Below, piece after piece: positions 8,876-18,245 of a DNA stretch of 64,000 nucleotides. Source of the stretch: Actinomycetota bacterium (GTDB lineage: Bacteria > Actinomycetota > Acidimicrobiia > IMCC26256 > PALSA-555). Where the stretch lies: NCBI GenBank assembly GCA_016870355.1, contig VGBR01000002.1:90982-154981 (forward strand), given 5' to 3'. Every line of letters starts with the position of its first letter. Positions within the stretch are counted from its first letter, which is position 1. A program made the position numbers and the translations under genes. The notes under the pieces are model-generated. The model was not told the origin of the DNA. It was given only the letters and a program-made list of their open reading frames with translations, and made no database searches.

Positions 8876-9822
8876 CGCACTGCTCGAAGCGCAGCGGCAG
8901 CGTCCGCCGCATCGACCGAGTTGACGAGCACGCCGGTGCCGATCTCGAATCCCGCGACGACGGCCGTGCGCGGCGTGACCTCGACCCACCAGTGGTAGCG
9001 GCCCGCACCTGGATCAGCTGAGTGCACGACGACGTTGTATGGCGGGTCGTCGAGCGCCGACGCAACCGCGGCGAGCACGTCTCGAAGCACGACGGCAACG
9101 CCGAGCACGTGCGCATCGGATGCCTGGTCGAACCGCGGGCCTGCGCCGCGTGCCGCCACCCGCACCTCGTACGGAGTGGCAGATCCGGTCGGGCACCACG
9201 CCGCCACCTCGTCGCCGAGCACGATGCCCTGGTCACGTTGAAGCGCATCGTCGAGGTCGGCGGCCACCAGGTCGGCTCCGGCGGCTGCGAACCGCTCGGT
9301 CGCGACGGTGACCGCTGGTGGCACGAAGTCGAGCGCCAGGACCTGTGCGTGCGGATGGGCGATCGACGCGCCAGCGGCTCGCCCCTGATTCACCAAGCCC
9401 TGCACGTGCTCACGACCGTTGCCAAGGTGAACCGCGGCCCGGTCGCGGAGCATGCCGAGCACCTCGGCCGCTTCGTCATGGCTGAGCTCGCCGAACGCGC
9501 GGTCGTGGTCTGGGGAGAGCGTGACGACTTCGTGCGCTCCGGTGGCGCCGGTGCTCGCATCTTCACCACCGACGATCGGGTAGAGGTTTGGAAACACCCG
9601 CACGCGCCACCCCGGCTCGCCGGGCGCGCCGTCACCGGTGCGCGCAACCTCGGGCGGTGTCTCCGACTCGTGTCCGGGGCAGAAGGGGCAGGGGGAGCGG
9701 GTGCCTGCGGCGCGGGTATCCCGCGCCGCAACGAGCGAGCCAGTAGAGATGGGGCGCGAGCTCCGCGACGACGCGAGCAACACGAGTCGTCCGGTGAGCG
9801 CGTCGTGGCGTAGCTCCGGCAC
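8872..9822 (-). CDS. galT: Galactose-1-phosphate uridylyltransferase (HIT superfamily, GalT type)
   Basis: ELRHDALTGRLVLLASSRSSRP, CPFCPGHE, RVFPNLYP and NQGRAAGASIAHPHAQV (HxHxQ). GTG 9822 was chosen as the start because the upstream part of ORF 8872..10140 overlaps the divergent gene and is not protein-like. Confidence 0.85.
   Translation of the reverse strand: MPELRHDALTGRLVLLASSRSSRPISTGSLVAARDTRAAGTRSPCPFCPGHESETPPEVARTGDGAPGEPGWRVRVFPNLYPIVGGEDASTGATGAHEVVTLSPDHDRAFGELSHDEAAEVLGMLRDRAAVHLGNGREHVQGLVNQGRAAGASIAHPHAQVLALDFVPPAVTVATERFAAAGADLVAADLDDALQRDQGIVLGDEVAAWCPTGSATPYEVRVAARGAGPRFDQASDAHVLGVAVVLRDVLAAVASALDDPPYNVVVHSADPGAGRYHWWVEVTPRTAVVAGFEIGTGVLVNSVDAADAAAALRAVR
9707..9741 (+). 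repeat. Copy 2 of the TAT-loop palindrome family (GCGGCGCGGG-TAT-CCCGCGCCGC plus AACGAGCGAGCC), inside the galT CDS
   Basis: Perfect 10-bp inverted repeat at 9707..9729, read directly from the sequence. It lies antisense within galT codons for ...AARDTRAAG... Confidence 0.55.
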
Positions 9823-9861
9823 ACGTTCAGGGTAGCGATGTGCTTCGCGTACCCTTGATGT

Positions 9862-11223
9862 GTGCCTACGACGCGTCTGGTGATCATCGGCGGTGGTCCT
9901 GCCGGCAACATGTGCGCGACCGTGGCCGCGACGCTCGGTGCAGAGGTCACCCTCATCGAGCGAGAAATCGTGGGTGGTGCCGCGCACCTTTGGGATTGCA
10001 TCCCCTCGAAGGCGCTGATCGCGACGGGTGGTGAGCTCGCCGAGCTGCGGCGCGCACCGGAGATGGGGCTCCAGGCCGAAGGCACTCTTGACGTGCAAGC
10101 GCTCAAGAAGCGCATCGACTCGATCCAGCAACACCTGCACGACTCATTGCGCCAGCTCTTGAGCTCGCAGGGCGTGCGGCTGGTCACTGGCACCGCTCGC
10201 TTCAAGGACGACCACACCGTCGTGGCCGAGACGACCGACGGGCTCGAAGAGCTCGAGGCCGACTTCGTCGTGGTGGCCACCGGCTCCCGACCGCGGGTCC
10301 CCGACTTCGCCGAGGTCGACGGCGAGCGCATCCTCACCACTCGCCACTGCTACCCGCCGCCAGAGATCCCAGAGCACGCGGTGGTGATCGGGTCGGGTGT
10401 CACGGGCGTCGAGTTCACCCACATGTTCACCTCGTTGGGATCCAAGGTGACGCTGCTCGTGTCCCGCCAGCAGGTGCTGCCGATCAAGGACGCCGAGGTG
10501 GCCGCGGTCCTCGAAGAGGCCTTCCTCGAGCGGGGAGTTGCGCTCCTCAAGGGCGCGCGAGCGTCTGAGATCGAGCGCACTGCCGACGGCGTACGCGTGT
10601 CGTGCGAAGACGCTCGGGTGATCGAGGGATCACACGCCGTGCTGGCAGTGGGATCGGTACCGAACACCGAGGGTCTCGGGTTCGACGACGTCGGGGTGGT
10701 CCTCGACGACAGCGGATATGTCGTGGTCAACCACAACTGCGTGTCGAGCCAAAAGCACATCTACGCGATCGGCGACGTCTCCGGAAAGCTTCCGCTCTCG
10801 TCGGTGGCCGCGATGCAGGGTCGCAAGATCGCCGAGCATCTCATGGGCATGCACAACCGACCGCACCGCAACCTCGACTACGACAAGGCGGCCTCGGCTG
10901 TGTTCACGGAACCCGAGATCGCCGATGTCGGCCTGGCCGAGGCCGAGGCATTCGCCAGCGGCCGCAAGATCCGCGCCACGAAGGTGCCGTTCACCGCGAA
11001 CGCCAAGGCTCTGATCAAGGGTGATCCGCGCGGGTTCGTGAAGATCATCTCTGACCCCGCGACCGGCGTCGTGCTCGGCGGGTCGATCGTCGGTCGCAAC
11101 GCGGCGGAGCTCATCGGTGTCGTCGCGCTCGCGGTGACCGCAGGGTTGAAGGTCGGCGACATCATCGACTCGCTGCTGGTGCACCCCACGCTCAGCGAAT
11201 CGCTCGCCGACGCCGCCTCGTAG
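9862..11223 (+). CDS. Pyridine nucleotide-disulfide oxidoreductase, LpdA (NAD(P)H-quinone reductase)-like
   Basis: FAD motif VIIGGGPAG, NAD motif VIGSGVTGVEF, and dimerisation-domain motif VHPTLSE. The redox-centre region reads GGAAHLWDCIPSK, so it has only one Cys. Confidence 0.85.
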   Translation: MPTTRLVIIGGGPAGNMCATVAATLGAEVTLIEREIVGGAAHLWDCIPSKALIATGGELAELRRAPEMGLQAEGTLDVQALKKRIDSIQQHLHDSLRQLLSSQGVRLVTGTARFKDDHTVVAETTDGLEELEADFVVVATGSRPRVPDFAEVDGERILTTRHCYPPPEIPEHAVVIGSGVTGVEFTHMFTSLGSKVTLLVSRQQVLPIKDAEVAAVLEEAFLERGVALLKGARASEIERTADGVRVSCEDARVIEGSHAVLAVGSVPNTEGLGFDDVGVVLDDSGYVVVNHNCVSSQKHIYAIGDVSGKLPLSSVAAMQGRKIAEHLMGMHNRPHRNLDYDKAASAVFTEPEIADVGLAEAEAFASGRKIRATKVPFTANAKALIKGDPRGFVKIISDPATGVVLGGSIVGRNAAELIGVVALAVTAGLKVGDIIDSLLVHPTLSESLADAAS

Positions 11224-11230
11224 CGGGTTC

Positions 11231-12022
11231 TTAGGCGAGCTCGCCGCGCCAGACCGTCACTGCGTCGCCGATCAGTGTCACGCGGTCACCGTGCACCTCG
11301 ACCCGCAGCTCGCCGCTGCGTCGTGACACTTGGAGCGCGCGCAGCTCAGACTTGTCAAGCTTCTCAGCCCAATAAGGCGCAAGAGCGGTGTGTGCGGCGC
11401 CCGTCGCCGGGTCTTCGTCGATCCCGTACCGAGGCGTGAAGTACCGATTGACGTAGTCGAACGCCGGGTCGTCGGACGCGGCGGTGATCGACACGCCTTC
11501 TACATCAACGTCAAGCAACGCCCCGAAGTCCGGCGCTGCGGATCGGACGGCGTCGGCATCGTGAAGCTCAGCGATGTGATTCAATCCGTTGGACGCGGTC
11601 GTCACGACCTCGACGCCCAGTGCACTGGCGAGTCCGTCCGGCGGGTCACACAGCGCGGAGATCGCGGCCGGGAAGTCGAGCGCGATGCTCGCGCCCACTC
11701 GGGCGGCCGTGAGCGTCCCCTTCCAGCGCGTGACGAACACCGCAGGCTGGTCCGCGGGAAGACGCTCGAGCTCCCACAGCGCGTGCGCGCTCGCGAGCGT
11801 CGCGTGGCCGCAGAGCTCGACCTCGGTGGTCGGGGTGAACCAGCGCAGCTCGAAGTACTCGCCGTCGGGCACGACGAACGCGGTCTCCGAGAGGTTCATC
11901 TCCGCGGCGAGCGACTGCATCCACGCGTCGTCGGCGCGCTCGTCGAGCAGGCACACCGCGGCCGGGTTGCCGCGGAACGCGGTGCTGGTGAAGGCGTCGA
12001 CGCCGAGGAGTGGGATCGCCAC
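11231..12022 (-). CDS. PhzF family isomerase
   Basis: VDAFTSTAFRGNPAAVCLL, NLSETAFV, and ELCGHATLA. The 263-aa length fits the PhzF/YddE family. Confidence 0.85.
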   Translation of the reverse strand: MAIPLLGVDAFTSTAFRGNPAAVCLLDERADDAWMQSLAAEMNLSETAFVVPDGEYFELRWFTPTTEVELCGHATLASAHALWELERLPADQPAVFVTRWKGTLTAARVGASIALDFPAAISALCDPPDGLASALGVEVVTTASNGLNHIAELHDADAVRSAAPDFGALLDVDVEGVSITAASDDPAFDYVNRYFTPRYGIDEDPATGAAHTALAPYWAEKLDKSELRALQVSRRSGELRVEVHGDRVTLIGDAVTVWRGELA

Positions 12023-12033
12023 GAAAGGGAGGA

Positions 12034-13791
12034 CTAGCCGATGACGAGGAGCACGTCACCCGGCCCGACGGTGTCGCCGGCCTCGACGCGGATCTCCTTC
12101 ACGGTGCCCGAGCCCTGCGCGTTGATGTGGTTCTCCATCTTCATCGCTTCGAGCACGAGGAGCGCCTGACCCGCGTCGACCTCATCGCCCTCGGACACGA
12201 GCACTTTGACGATCGTTCCTTGCATCGGCGCGCTGACCACACCGTCACCGGCGCCGCCGGTGCTTCCCGCGGCCGCCGGACGCGGGCGCGCGCTGCGCTT
12301 CGCGGGCGCGCTCGCGGGCGCGTCGGGCAGCCACAGCCGCACGGAGAACCGCTTGCCGTTCACTTCGACGGGGACCGTGCGCTCGGTCAGTTCCTCCGCT
12401 GGTGCTTCGCCATCGGTGGTTGCGGGAGCCGCGGCCGGTGTGCCGAACAACGAGCTGTCGAACTCGTCCTCCACCCACTTCGTGGAGTGCTCCCCGGCCG
12501 CGAACACCGGGTCGGCGAGGAGGGCGAGGTGTGCCGGGGTCGTGGTGCGGATCCCATCGACCACAAGCTCGCCCAGCGCGCGCAGCATCCGCTCGGTTGC
12601 GCGCTCCCGGTCGGGCGCCCACACCACGAGCTTGCCGATGAGGTTGTCGTAGTACTGCGAGATCGTGTCGCCCTCTTCGTAGCCACCGTCCCAACGAACG
12701 CCGGGGCCGCTGGGCACGCGCAGGCGAGTGATCGTCCCGGGTGACGGGAGGAACCCCTTCACCGGGTCTTCGGCGTTGATCCGGCACTCGATTGCGTGAC
12801 CGTGGTGCTCGATCGACTCCTGAGTGAACGACAGGGCGTTGCCATTGGCCACGTTGATCTGCTCGGCGACGAGGTCGAGCTTCGTGACTTCCTCGGTGAC
12901 GCAGTGCTCCACCTGGAGGCGCGTGTTCATCTCGAGGAACCAGAACTCGCCGCCCTGGTAGAGCATCTCGACCGTGCCTGCGTTCACGTAGCCACATCCC
13001 AGTGCGACCTTCACCGCGGCTTCGCCCATGGCCTGACGTACGTCGTCGGGCAAGCCCGCGGCCGGCGTCTCCTCGATGAGCTTCTGGTGCCGGCGTTGTG
13101 TCGAGCAGTCGCGCTCACCGAGCCACACCCCGTTGCCGTGCGTGTCGCAGAACACCTGCATCTCGATGTGACGCGGGCGCGTGAGGTAACGCTCGAGGTA
13201 GGCCTCGGGCCGTCCGAAGTAGGCCGTCGCCTCGCGCTCGGCGGACTCGAGTGCCGATGCCGCCTCGTCTGCGCTCGCGCAGATCTTCATGCCCGTGCCG
13301 CCGCCGCCGTACGCGGCCTTGATGGCGACCGGCCAACCGTGCTCGTTGCCAAACGCCACGATGTCCTCGGCGCCTTTGAGCGGCTCGAGCGTGCCGGGTA
13401 CCGAGGCCACGTTCGCCGCGGCCGCGGCCTTGCGGGACGAGATCTTGTCGCCCATCACCTCGATGGCCTCGGGTGGGGGACCGATCCAGGTGACGCCGGC
13501 GTCACTGAGTGCCCGGGCGAAGTCGGCGTTCTCGGAGAAGAACCCGTAGCCGGGGTGAACGCCGTCGGCGCCACTGGACTGGACGATCTCCAGGATCCGC
13601 TCGGTGTTCAGGTAGCTCTCCGCCGCGGTCTGGCCGCCGAGGGCATGGGCCTCATCGGCGAAGCGGGTGTGGAGGGCGTCGCGGTCGAGCTCCGAGTACA
13701 CGGCAACCGTGGCGATCCCGAGTTCGCGGCACGTGCGCATGACGCGCACCGCGATCTCGCCGCGGTTGGCAATGAGGATCTTCGAGAGCAC
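12034..13791 (-). CDS. Acyl-CoA carboxylase alpha chain (biotin carboxylase plus biotinyl carrier domain)
   Basis: ILIANRGEIAVRVMRTCRELG and an ATP-grasp core are present. The C-terminal lipoyl/biotinyl domain carries LEAMKMEN. GTG 13791 (VLSKILIAN) is preferred as the start; ATG 13848 would overlap the divergent birA. Confidence 0.9.
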   Translation of the reverse strand: MLSKILIANRGEIAVRVMRTCRELGIATVAVYSELDRDALHTRFADEAHALGGQTAAESYLNTERILEIVQSSGADGVHPGYGFFSENADFARALSDAGVTWIGPPPEAIEVMGDKISSRKAAAAANVASVPGTLEPLKGAEDIVAFGNEHGWPVAIKAAYGGGGTGMKICASADEAASALESAEREATAYFGRPEAYLERYLTRPRHIEMQVFCDTHGNGVWLGERDCSTQRRHQKLIEETPAAGLPDDVRQAMGEAAVKVALGCGYVNAGTVEMLYQGGEFWFLEMNTRLQVEHCVTEEVTKLDLVAEQINVANGNALSFTQESIEHHGHAIECRINAEDPVKGFLPSPGTITRLRVPSGPGVRWDGGYEEGDTISQYYDNLIGKLVVWAPDRERATERMLRALGELVVDGIRTTTPAHLALLADPVFAAGEHSTKWVEDEFDSSLFGTPAAAPATTDGEAPAEELTERTVPVEVNGKRFSVRLWLPDAPASAPAKRSARPRPAAAGSTGGAGDGVVSAPMQGTIVKVLVSEGDEVDAGQALLVLEAMKMENHINAQGSGTVKEIRVEAGDTVGPGDVLLVIG

Positions 13792-13835
13792 GGCAGCCCC
13801 TGGCCAGAGAAGAGAGGAGTCGTATCCTACGGGCG

Positions 13836-14585
13836 ATGGGTCAGGCACCCTCCAGCCGGGGTGAGCGCTGGCGAGTGCGGCGCTTCGACTCGATCGATTC
13901 GACCAACCGGTGGCTGCTCGACGAGGCCAGGACCGGTGCGCCCGAAGGACTTGTAGCGGTGGCCGACCACCAGACCGACGGCCGTGGTCGGCGCGAGCGC
14001 ACGTGGACCGCGCCGCCAGGGTCCTCGCTCCTGGTGAGCGTGTTGCTTCGACCGGTGATCGACGCAGCCAGCATGCACGTGCTCACGATGGCGACGGCCC
14101 TCGCGCTGCGCGCCGCGATCGCTGATGCAACTGGCGTCACTGCTGGCATCAAATGGCCTAACGACCTCGTGGTTGGGGATCGCAAGCTCGCCGGGGTCCT
14201 CACCGAAGCCGATGTCGCCGCGAACGGCGAAGTGCTGGCCGTCGTCATCGGCGTGGGATGCAACGTGCAATGGGGTGACTTCCCGCCGGAGCTGGCTGAT
14301 CACGCCACCGCGTGCAACCTCGAGTGTGGCCATCTCGTGGATCGAGCCGTGATTCTCGACGCGTTTCTCGATCAGCTCGGGGTCATCCTCGACGATCTCG
14401 GCTCAGTGCTCGACGCGTACCGGAGTGCTTCGGCGACGCTGGGGAGAGAGGTGCGGGTCGATCTCGGGACCAGGTGGGTGGAGGGGTTCGCCGACGATGT
14501 GGACGAACGTGGCCAGCTGCGCATCACCCGAGATGACGGTGAACGCGAGGTCGTCGCCGTCGGCGACGTCGTCCACCTCCGCTAG
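13836..14585 (+). CDS. birA: Biotin--[acetyl-CoA-carboxylase] ligase, class I (no HTH domain)
   Basis: DSTNRWLLDEA, HQTDGRGRRERTW (the GRGRxxRxW loop) and GIKWPNDL. It is divergent from the biotin-dependent carboxylase gene. Confidence 0.85.
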   Translation: MGQAPSSRGERWRVRRFDSIDSTNRWLLDEARTGAPEGLVAVADHQTDGRGRRERTWTAPPGSSLLVSVLLRPVIDAASMHVLTMATALALRAAIADATGVTAGIKWPNDLVVGDRKLAGVLTEADVAANGEVLAVVIGVGCNVQWGDFPPELADHATACNLECGHLVDRAVILDAFLDQLGVILDDLGSVLDAYRSASATLGREVRVDLGTRWVEGFADDVDERGQLRITRDDGEREVVAVGDVVHLR

Positions 14586-14597
14586 CGCCATCCCCGC

Positions 14598-14646
14598 GTT
14601 CTCGGCACGCTGAACACCAAATACGGGGGTTCAGCGTGCCGAGAAC
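14598..14646. terminator. Bidirectional hairpin between convergent birA and pabC
   Basis: GTTCTCGGCACGCTGAA (14598-14614) is a perfect reverse complement of TTCAGCGTGCCGAGAAC (14630-14646). That gives a 17-bp stem and a 15-nt loop. There is no clear U-tract. Confidence 0.5.
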
Positions 14647-14650
14647 GAGA

Positions 14651-15487
14651 TCAAGGGTCGGGATTCGCGGCGACCAGCTTCTTGAACTCGTCGGCAAGAC
14701 GGTTCGTGACTGGGCCCGGTGCGTTGGCGAGCTCGTGGTCGTCGACCTTGGCGATCGCGTGCACCTCTCGGGTTGTTGACGTGAGGAACGCTTCGTCCGC
14801 GTTCCGGAGATCCTCGAGCGACAGGACGCGTTCGGTCGCGGGGACGTCGTGCGTGGCTGCGAGCTCGAGCACGAGCGCGCGTGTGACGCCCAGGAGGCAG
14901 CCCGAGTCGGCCGGCGGAGTGCACGCTATGCCGTCACTCACCACGAAGACGTTTGATCCGGTTGCTTCGCAGAGCTCACCGCGCGTGTTGGCGAAGATCG
15001 CTTCGTGCGCGCCCTGGCCGATCGCGAGAGCCAAGGCGCGGACGTTCTCGGCATAGGAGATGGTTTTGAGACCTGCGGTTGCCCCGCGCTCGTTGCGAGG
15101 CCAGGGCACGCTCGCGACCGTCTCTGTCGCGGACCATGCCTTCAGCTCGTTCACCGCGACGATCACGGTCGGCGGAGCGTCACCTCGTTCTGAACCGAGT
15201 GGCGCTGGTCCAGCGGTGACCGTGATGCGCAGCCGGCCGTCTCGGGTCCCGTTGGCGTCGAGCACCGCATCGGCGGCTTCGCGCAGCCCGCTGCGGTCGG
15301 GGATCGTGAGACCCAATCCGCGCCCGGAGTGCTCCAGCCGATCAAGATGCCGAGTCCACGCGAACGGGACTCCGTCGTACACGCGCAACGTCTCGAACAC
15401 GCCGTCGCCCACGAGCAGTCCGTGGTCGAATGGCGAGATCTGCGCGTCGGCCGAATCGACGAGGCGAGCGTTGACCGACAGCTTCAT
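14651..15487 (-). CDS. pabC: Aminodeoxychorismate lyase / class IV aminotransferase
   Basis: ORF 14651..15706, with ATG 15487 (MKLSVNARLVD...ISPFDHGLLVGDGVFETLRVY) overlapping the pabB TGA (ATGA). This is a fold-type IV PLP enzyme immediately downstream of a chorismate-utilising enzyme. Confidence 0.8.
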   Translation of the reverse strand: MKLSVNARLVDSADAQISPFDHGLLVGDGVFETLRVYDGVPFAWTRHLDRLEHSGRGLGLTIPDRSGLREAADAVLDANGTRDGRLRITVTAGPAPLGSERGDAPPTVIVAVNELKAWSATETVASVPWPRNERGATAGLKTISYAENVRALALAIGQGAHEAIFANTRGELCEATGSNVFVVSDGIACTPPADSGCLLGVTRALVLELAATHDVPATERVLSLEDLRNADEAFLTSTTREVHAIAKVDDHELANAPGPVTNRLADEFKKLVAANPDP

Positions 15488-16677
15488 GACGACGAGCGGA
15501 TCGAAGGTCCGCTCACGCCTGCCGCCTCCAGCAGCCGCGCCGCCTTGAGCTCGGTCTCGCGCCACTCGGCGCTGGGATCTGAATCGGCGACGATGCCGCC
15601 ACCCACTCCGAGATCGGTTCCGTCGTTGCTCACCACGAACGTGCGGATCGCGACGGCGAGGTCGCCGGCATGCCGTTCGGTGTCGATCCATCCGATCGCG
15701 CCGCAATACACACCTCGACGGACCGGCTCGAGATCCTCGATCGCTTGAAGGACGCGTGGTTTCGGCGCGCCAGTGACCGATGCAGGCGGGAACGCGGCGC
15801 GCACGAGCGAGCCTGGTCCGACGTCATCGCGAAGGCGACCGCGAACTGTGCTGACGAGGTGGTGGAGCCCTGGGTGCGCTTCGACCGCGCACAGCTCAGG
15901 GACTTCGATCGAGCCGTACTCGCACACACGCCCGAGATCGTTGCGAGCGAGGTCGACGATCATCACGTTCTCGGCGTGATCCTTCTCGCTGGCGCGCAGC
16001 ACGCCGGCTTCTTGCGCCGTGCCCTTGATCGGACGTGTCTCTACGACGCGGTCGCGCCAGGAGAGGAAGCGCTCGGGCGACGCCGAGACGACGACCCTCG
16101 GTTCTTCTGACCTGGGGCCCGGCAGGGTGATGAACGAGGCGTGTGGAGCCGGGTTGCGATCCGCGAGCGAGTGGAACAGCGCGACGGGGTCGATGCGCTC
16201 CGCCCAACGGAGTCGGCGGGTGAGGTTCACCTGGTAGCACTCGCCGGCTTCGATGATCGCCACGATCGCCCGCACTCCGGCCTCGAACGACTCCTGGTCG
16301 AGGGACGAGCTGGGTTGGCCGAGACGGGAGTCAACGTTCGGTACGGGCGCACGAGTGATCAGCTCTTCGAGGCGCGCGGCCGCTGCGGGAGCGCCGACGA
16401 AGCGCGCGCCTCTGCCGCTGATCTCGAGGCGCGCCGAGTAGCGCGCGAGCACTACATCGGGTTGTCCGGTATCGGGTGCGAGCCTTGGCACCACTCGTTC
16501 GACCGCGCGCCCGAGGTCGTAGCTGAGTGTCGCTGCCCACCACCCGGGCGTGAGGTGGTCGAGCGCGACCAGCGCATCGTGACCGCGAGCGGTCACGACC
16601 TCGACCGGGTCGGCCGCGAGCACGGTCGTTGCGCCGTCACGCATGACGACCGGCGTCGACGTGAGCTCCGGGATCAC
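15484..16677 (-). CDS. pabB: Aminodeoxychorismate synthase component I (chorismate-binding enzyme)
   Basis: SPERFL, GTVRGRL, FPPASVTGAPK, RGVYCGAIGW and GGGIVADSDP. The start is uncertain (candidates 16644, 16677, 16680, 16758). Third-position GC drops between about 16690 and 16756, so I place the start near GTG 16677. Confidence 0.75.
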   Translation of the reverse strand: MIPELTSTPVVMRDGATTVLAADPVEVVTARGHDALVALDHLTPGWWAATLSYDLGRAVERVVPRLAPDTGQPDVVLARYSARLEISGRGARFVGAPAAAARLEELITRAPVPNVDSRLGQPSSSLDQESFEAGVRAIVAIIEAGECYQVNLTRRLRWAERIDPVALFHSLADRNPAPHASFITLPGPRSEEPRVVVSASPERFLSWRDRVVETRPIKGTAQEAGVLRASEKDHAENVMIVDLARNDLGRVCEYGSIEVPELCAVEAHPGLHHLVSTVRGRLRDDVGPGSLVRAAFPPASVTGAPKPRVLQAIEDLEPVRRGVYCGAIGWIDTERHAGDLAVAIRTFVVSNDGTDLGVGGGIVADSDPSAEWRETELKAARLLEAAGVSGPSIRSSS

Positions 16678-16756
16678 CAATGCAGTCACCGATTTCGAGG
16701 GTAGGCCACGCGGCCGAAGGAACGAACGGAAATCGAGTAGGTACGATTCCCGCTCC

Positions 16757-18238
16757 ATGTCTGCACCGCCGTCAGCGGCTCGCGCCTTCGGTCGGCGTCT
16801 GGCGATCGCGTTGGGCGTGTCGGCCCTGGTGATGGTCGTGTCCGTGGTCGCGGTCAACTGGGTCATCGAGCGTCAGCTCGACAAGATCGAGGACGTCGAC
16901 GTCGCGACCGCCGCCGCGCCCCCCGAAGGCGCGAACTACCTCGTGATCGGATCCGACACACGGGAGTTCGTCGAGAACGCCGGGCAAGAGGAGGCGTTCG
17001 GCGACACCGGCGACGTCAGTGGCCAGCGCTCGGACACGATGATGGTCGTTCACGTCGAGCCCGGTGCACGGCGCACGCTCGTCGTCTCCTTCCCTCGGGA
17101 CCTCTGGGTCGAGATCCCCGGGGAGGGCATGTCGAAGATCAACGCCGCGTTCAACGTCGGTCCCGACAAGGTCGTCGAGACGCTCAAGACCAACTTCGGC
17201 GTCGAGATCAATCACTACATCGAGGTGAACTTCAAGAGCTTCGAAGACATCGTCGAGGTGATCGGGAGCGTGCCCACGTACTTCCCGTACCCCGCCCGCG
17301 ACCTGAACACCAACCTGCTCGTCGGGGCCGGCTGCGTACGACTCGACGGCTCCCAGGGCCTGGCCTATGTGCGCTCACGCTCACTCGAGTACCTCAACGC
17401 TGAGACCCAGGAGTGGTTCGCCGCGGACTCGGTCGGCGACATCAACCGGATTGCGCGGCAACAGGAGTTCATCCGCGCCATGGCCGGCATCGCCGTGGCC
17501 AAGAGCCTCGACGACCCCTTGGCGGCCTGGGAGATCACCAAGGACGTCGTCCCGAAGCTGAAGGCTGACACCGCGTTCTCGGAGGACACGTCGCGCTTGT
17601 TCGAGATCGTCGACGCGTTCCGCTCCGTGAATCCTGCCGACACGAGTGCGCTCAACATGCAGACGTTCCCGTGGGTCTCCGGACCACCAACGCCTGATGG
17701 GCAGTCCGTGCTCTATCCCGATGATCCGGCCTGGCGCGAGATGGCGCGCCGACTCGGTGAGTTCGGTGGCGTGACGACCACCAGAGGCATCGCGCCGTCG
17801 GAGGTGAAGCTGCGGGTTCTGGCCGCGACGGGCAGCGAGGACATCGCACGCAGCGCGCTCAACGAGCTCGTGAAGAAGATCGGCTTCCAGCGCGGCGGTG
17901 CTGGCGAAGTCAACGAGGCGGTGCCGCTCACGGAGGTCAGGTACGCGCGCGGTTCGCAGAATGCAGCCAAGCTGTTGGCCACGTACGTGCTGCCACGCGC
18001 GCGGCTTGTGCTCGACCCGTCGCTGCAGGGAGCCGACGTCGAGCTCGTGATCGGTGATGACTTCCAGAGCATCCTCCTTCCTGCGTCGCTCACCACGACG
18101 ACGACCGCGGCCGCAGCCGTGACACCACCCACCGCGCCGGCGGAGATCGCGCCGGTCGGCGACGATGGGCTCACGCCGGCACCGATCGCCAACGAGAGCG
18201 CGCTCGGCGATCCGGCGCCGAAGCTCCCACCCTGCTGA
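16757..18238 (+). CDS. LCP (LytR-CpsA-Psr) family cell-wall glycopolymer ligase with LytR_C-like C-terminal domain
   Basis: ATG 16757 gives a short tail plus a TM helix (RRLAIALGVSALVMVVSVVAV). This is followed by NYLVIGSDTR, RSDTMMVVHV, SFPRDLWVEIPG and INHYIEVNF. Confidence 0.85.
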   Translation: MSAPPSAARAFGRRLAIALGVSALVMVVSVVAVNWVIERQLDKIEDVDVATAAAPPEGANYLVIGSDTREFVENAGQEEAFGDTGDVSGQRSDTMMVVHVEPGARRTLVVSFPRDLWVEIPGEGMSKINAAFNVGPDKVVETLKTNFGVEINHYIEVNFKSFEDIVEVIGSVPTYFPYPARDLNTNLLVGAGCVRLDGSQGLAYVRSRSLEYLNAETQEWFAADSVGDINRIARQQEFIRAMAGIAVAKSLDDPLAAWEITKDVVPKLKADTAFSEDTSRLFEIVDAFRSVNPADTSALNMQTFPWVSGPPTPDGQSVLYPDDPAWREMARRLGEFGGVTTTRGIAPSEVKLRVLAATGSEDIARSALNELVKKIGFQRGGAGEVNEAVPLTEVRYARGSQNAAKLLATYVLPRARLVLDPSLQGADVELVIGDDFQSILLPASLTTTTTAAAAVTPPTAPAEIAPVGDDGLTPAPIANESALGDPAPKLPPC

Positions 18239-18245
18239 GGCATCG

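Noticed and set aside
16643-16758. Longer N-termini for pabB (ATG 16758) and for the LCP gene (ATG 16643)
   Set aside because: The two choices would make divergent genes overlap by about 116 nt, or abut by 2 nt (CATG). Third-position GC falls to about 73 percent in both frames between about 16690 and 16756, which suggests a genuine divergent intergenic spacer. The exact pabB start remains uncertain.
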